DNA of 28,962 nucleotides, taken from IMG/VR virus record IMGVR_UViG_3300032330_000639, positions 1 to 28,962 of that record, one strand, 5' to 3'. Positions 25,601-28,962 of this stretch are shown here, in pieces. The DNA is from a virus. Lineage: Duplodnaviria > Caudoviricetes. Made by a program: the position numbers and the translations under genes. Position 1 is the first letter of the stretch; every line of letters starts with the position of its first letter. The notes below the pieces were generated by a model. That model had not been told where the DNA came from. It made no database searches and worked only from the letters and a program-made list of their open reading frames with translations.

Positions 25601-25792
25601 TTACTTACTGTTGACACCAAATTCTGTTGCTGATGGGTCCAATGCCTTTAGGACTGGTCCTGCTACAGCAGCGACACCTGCTAATGCTAGTGTCTTTAGG
25701 TCAGTTGTGCCAGCAAGATACAGAGCAATCACTGATGCTACTGCTGCACGAACATAGGTAACTACGATTGCTTTTAGTTTATCTTTATTCAT
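25601..25792 (-). CDS. Putative holin
   Basis: 63 aa with two hydrophobic segments, directly after the endolysin; 'GPVLKALDP...FG' tail. Confidence 0.7.
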   Translation of the reverse strand: MNKDKLKAIVVTYVRAAVASVIALYLAGTTDLKTLALAGVAAVAGPVLKALDPSATEFGVNSK

Positions 25793-25801
25793 ATTCCATC
25801 C

Positions 25802-26257
25802 TTAGGGGCGAGCAACGCCCATTACTAGGGAGTAGGCACGTTTCTTTAGATACACGCCATCTCCGTTTGATTGACTGCCCTTATTATCCCCTGAGGTATT
25901 ACCCTCGTAGACCATAAGGTTTTTCTTTCCATCGTTACTGGCACATATGCCGACGTGGTCAGCCTCTGCATCCGCATCGAATTGAAAGAAAACTATATCT
26001 CCAGGCTGGGCTTTACCCACTGGGACTATCTTGCCTTTACTTGTAAACCATTTAAGTCCTGCTTGACAAGAAGCAAATCCTTTTTTAGTTTGGGCTGCTA
26101 TCTTTTCGCCTAGTCCTGCTTGGTCAAAGCACCAAGATACAAACATTGCACACCAAGGGTTGTTGTTTAATCCATACCACTTGCCATACATACTGTCATT
26201 GTTCTTGCCTACTTCTTGGTATCCAAGTTGTGACTTTGCTATATCTACTACGCTCAT
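25802..26257 (-). CDS. CHAP-domain endolysin
   Basis: 'PWCAMFVSW', 'PGDIVFF', 'DHVGI', 'EGNT'. Start set at MSVVDIAK (TAATG coupling). Confidence 0.88.
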   Translation of the reverse strand: MSVVDIAKSQLGYQEVGKNNDSMYGKWYGLNNNPWCAMFVSWCFDQAGLGEKIAAQTKKGFASCQAGLKWFTSKGKIVPVGKAQPGDIVFFQFDADAEADHVGICASNDGKKNLMVYEGNTSGDNKGSQSNGDGVYLKKRAYSLVMGVARP

Positions 26258-26838
26258 TATTTTTTCCTTATCCATATCTGCCATCCCTTACGGAATATTT
26301 CTATTTCGTTCTCGTGCTTTGCTAGCCACGCATCTATTGCTGGTTTAGGATTTTTGTCTGTGCCATCTGGATGGTCCCATTCATAATCATCAAAGGCTAA
26401 TACGCCACCAGATTTAAGTAAGTCCCAAGATAAGTCAGCATCTAATGCAACTGATTCAGGTAGATGGTCTCCATCAATATAGATAAAGTCATATTTAACC
26501 TCACGGTTAGCCTTTAACCAGTCACCACTAAATGCTTTATGTGCTTGAAGTTTCTTGCTATAAGGAGCAGTCTGTTCTTTATAGGCTTCCTGTATATCAT
26601 CCCAATTATAGTTAGACTCGTGAGGTAGGTTGCCACACCAAGGGTCTATATCTACAAGCAAAGATGATGGGTCTGTAAGAATATTTTGTAGTAACCAAAC
26701 AGATGCGTTGCCAGTAAAGACACCTATCTGTAGGAACTTAAGATTCTTTTTACCCTTGAATTCTGCTAGTCCATTCTCAAAGTCTTGGACTGTAGCATTA
26801 TCATAAAACCATTTAGGAAAATTATCTGCTTTACTCAT
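26257..26838 (-). CDS. Class I SAM-dependent methyltransferase (Methyltransf_24-like)
   Basis: 'LQIGVFTGNAS', 'IDPW', 'YDFIYIDGDH', 'LKSGGVLAFDDY'. Confidence 0.85.
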   Translation of the reverse strand: MSKADNFPKWFYDNATVQDFENGLAEFKGKKNLKFLQIGVFTGNASVWLLQNILTDPSSLLVDIDPWCGNLPHESNYNWDDIQEAYKEQTAPYSKKLQAHKAFSGDWLKANREVKYDFIYIDGDHLPESVALDADLSWDLLKSGGVLAFDDYEWDHPDGTDKNPKPAIDAWLAKHENEIEIFRKGWQIWIRKK

Positions 26839-27004
26839 TATCTTCTTTAGGATTTCTTAGTCGGTAAGTAACTGCCCATACTATTAAAGTTAATATGATT
26901 GCATAACCAACTACAGTTTTTGCTGAACCATCAAGTACAACCCAGGCAATAAACATACCTAGTACTGTCCATAATTGTTCAATCATATCTCTTAATATTT
27001 TCAA
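26831..27004 (-). CDS. Small two-TM membrane protein (not in the ORF track)
   Basis: 57 aa, TTGA overlap; QLWTVLGMFIAWVVLDGSAKTVVGYAIILTLIVWAVTY. Confidence 0.7.
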   Translation of the reverse strand: MKILRDMIEQLWTVLGMFIAWVVLDGSAKTVVGYAIILTLIVWAVTYRLRNPKEDNE

Positions 27005-28221
27005 GGTTTTCTCCTTCTAGTTGACTTAGGCTTATCGTTACCAGCCAAAGGTCCACCAGCAGGGGAACTTGGCGTTGGAATTCTAGTTGCCGTACCTGCT
27101 GCCATACCTGCTGCATTTATAGCAGCCTGACTAGCGATAACAGATGCAACAATAATTTCTTCTGACTCTTCTCGTTCTTCATCGGACATATCAGCACCTA
27201 TATTTGCTACGGCTGTTAAGACTTGTCCTGGGTTATCAAAGATTGCACTTACTAATTCAGCAGGTGAATCAAATACTTGTAATGCAATAGCAACTTCTGC
27301 AGTAATTACAACTGCGTTACCATTGTCATCAGTACGAACCTCTACTTGAGTTTGTGCTGGTAAATCTTCAAGAGTAAGACCTGCTTCTGTTATAGCCTCA
27401 ACAGTAATGGCTTCACCATCTGCTGCTTCAATGATTGCTTCTACTGCTGCTTCTACTTCTTCAGGTGTAGATTGCTCAGTAATTACAGGAGGTGCTTCCT
27501 CAACTGGAACGGGTGGTTCCTCTACAGGTGCAGGAGATGCCTCTTCTATGGGTATAGGAGGTTCTTCTACCACAGCAGGAGGTGCTTCAGGCTCTGTAGG
27601 AGGCTCTGGAGCCTCTATAACAGGTTCTTCTACAACTGGTGTAGGTGGTTCTTCAACAGGAGCAGGAGGTTCAGGTACAGGCTCAGGTCCTACTGGTTGG
27701 TAATCAATAATTATAGGTGGTGCAACAGGTGTAGGCTCAGGAGAAGGTAATGGCTCTGGTTCTGGAATAGGTGCTGGTTCTGGCACAGGTGCAATATCAA
27801 TTAAATTACTACTTAAAGTATAAGTACCAATAGGTCTTTGTCCTGCAACTATATAGTCATATGATGTAGCACGAATTGTATATGTGCCAGGTGCTGCATT
27901 ACCAGTTAACCTTGATGCCCAATAATTATTTTGGCTATGATTACCGTCATCGTCTTGTCTTAAGACAGTATCGCCTTGACGTAATTGTATCCAAGAATCT
28001 ACCCAAGCAACTCGCTCTGTAGTTACACCAGCAGGTGATACTTCAAATCTAGGACCAGTAGTTGTTTCAATTACATAATCAGTAGGAGTTGTTACCTCTA
28101 CTACAGTATCTACATAAGCAATCTCTGGGGTTAATTCAATAAGTACTTCATCAGCATAGGCTAATTGTGGTATTAAAAGTAGGCTAATCCCTATCAGAAA
28201 GGAGTAGATAAATTTGGTCAA
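27001..28221 (-). CDS. Secreted/surface protein with a Pro/Glu-rich linker
   Basis: Signal peptide ending AYA; beta-rich domain 'DSWIQL...DDDG...PGTYTIRATSY'; about 100-aa PE linker; Ala-rich segment and RRRKP tail. Confidence 0.7.
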   Translation of the reverse strand: MTKFIYSFLIGISLLLIPQLAYADEVLIELTPEIAYVDTVVEVTTPTDYVIETTTGPRFEVSPAGVTTERVAWVDSWIQLRQGDTVLRQDDDGNHSQNNYWASRLTGNAAPGTYTIRATSYDYIVAGQRPIGTYTLSSNLIDIAPVPEPAPIPEPEPLPSPEPTPVAPPIIIDYQPVGPEPVPEPPAPVEEPPTPVVEEPVIEAPEPPTEPEAPPAVVEEPPIPIEEASPAPVEEPPVPVEEAPPVITEQSTPEEVEAAVEAIIEAADGEAITVEAITEAGLTLEDLPAQTQVEVRTDDNGNAVVITAEVAIALQVFDSPAELVSAIFDNPGQVLTAVANIGADMSDEEREESEEIIVASVIASQAAINAAGMAAGTATRIPTPSSPAGGPLAGNDKPKSTRRRKP

Positions 28222-28381
28222 CGCGGGCTTCCAATCTATTGACTTGGTCTTTTACCGAACTGCCCCCGTTTGGTTTTAATTCTTCAAGATAATGTTTAAC
28301 TAGCCAACGCACCATAAATGCAAATGAACCAATCAATGTGCTTATTGCTACTGCTAATGCAGCCCAGTCTTGTGCTGTCAT
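28184..28381 (-). CDS. Single-TM membrane protein (holin-like)
   Basis: N-terminal TM, then 'ELKPNGGSSVKDQVNRLE'. Confidence 0.7.
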   Translation of the reverse strand: MTAQDWAALAVAISTLIGSFAFMVRWLVKHYLEELKPNGGSSVKDQVNRLEARVDQIYLLLSDRD

Positions 28382-28962
28382 TATACTGTCCTAATCATAA
28401 TCTCAATTACGCCTCCGAATCCATCAAACCTTTTATCTGGTGGAGTCATACGTGTGAATGAGATTTGCTCAATAACTACCTGACGACTTTCGCCTGTAGT
28501 AAGGTCTTGCCAGGTAACAACATCGCCACCTTCTTCTACGTTTTCTAGTGATTGTAATCTTTGTAGTGCTTTACCCTCATAGCCAGACACTACATTGTAT
28601 CTATCTGTTTCAATATCAAAGCAGTAAACAGGGAATCTCATAACTCTTTGACGAGGTGTAGCAATAGTAGCCTTTGCTTGATAGCCCTTAAATATTGGAC
28701 CTGCACTGGTAGTCGTAGCATCACGATTAAGAATAAACTTATAGGCTACATACTCTTGGGCTGTATCAGGATTAGATGTACCTACTTCAACTGCAGTTAC
28801 TCCTGCTTCGTAGGTGATATGGTCATACTCGACACCATCTTTATCTACAGTCTCAAGTACTAATGAACCATAGTCAAAGTTACCACGAGCAAGTAAACGC
28901 TTAAAGTTCTTAGGCTCTAATGTTCCATAGCGGATGTAACCAGTAGTAATATATCCAGTAGA
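28381..28962 (-). CDS. 3' part of a tail structural protein (truncated by the window edge)
   Basis: The frame is open from 28962 (STGYITTGYIRYGTLEPKNFKR...) to the stop at 28381, so the track ORF is only its end. Beta-rich. Confidence 0.6.
   Translation of the reverse strand, partial: STGYITTGYIRYGTLEPKNFKRLLARGNFDYGSLVLETVDKDGVEYDHITYEAGVTAVEVGTSNPDTAQEYVAYKFILNRDATTTSAGPIFKGYQAKATIATPRQRVMRFPVYCFDIETDRYNVVSGYEGKALQRLQSLENVEEGGDVVTWQDLTTGESRQVVIEQISFTRMTPPDKRFDGFGGVIEIMIRTV

Noticed and set aside
27407-27790. Plus-strand ORFs and apparent tandem repeats
   Set aside because: These are antisense shadows of the Pro/Glu-rich coding linker.
1-28962. Alternative genetic code, integrase, or diversity-generating retroelement
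   Set aside because: ORFs tile densely under the standard code with all three stops used. No recombinase, reverse transcriptase or TR/VR pair was seen.

Overview
This window is most of the genome of a short-tailed (podovirus-like) dsDNA phage, most likely infecting a low-GC freshwater actinobacterium (it carries WhiB, an FmdB-type Zn ribbon, a split primase and actinophage-type lysis genes). Left arm (minus strand, 47-13874): terminase, portal, an HslV/proteasome-like Ntn hydrolase, three putative ejected core proteins, scaffold and major capsid protein. About 13875-14550: a non-coding divergent control region, probably at or near the genome terminus. 14557-19243 (plus strand): small early genes, including an Ocr-like DNA mimic, WhiB and a transglycosylase. 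19225-25215 (minus strand): replication/transcription module with a sigma-like factor, primase, resolvase, helicase and a split Cas4/RecB-like nuclease, but no DNA polymerase. 25601-28962 (minus strand): lysis/membrane genes and the 3' end of a tail gene. The most novel signals are non-coding. (1) An 18-bp hairpin displays a UCUCCUGUC loop complementary to a GACRGGRG ribosome-binding motif found before six early/middle genes, suggesting an antisense translational regulon. (2) A covarying tRNA-like three-way junction plus hairpin occurs twice in early leaders. (3) A G6TG7 tract lies in a candidate R-loop origin. (4) A stack of putative host response-regulator boxes precedes the early promoter. 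All calls come from reading motifs by eye; no searches were run.
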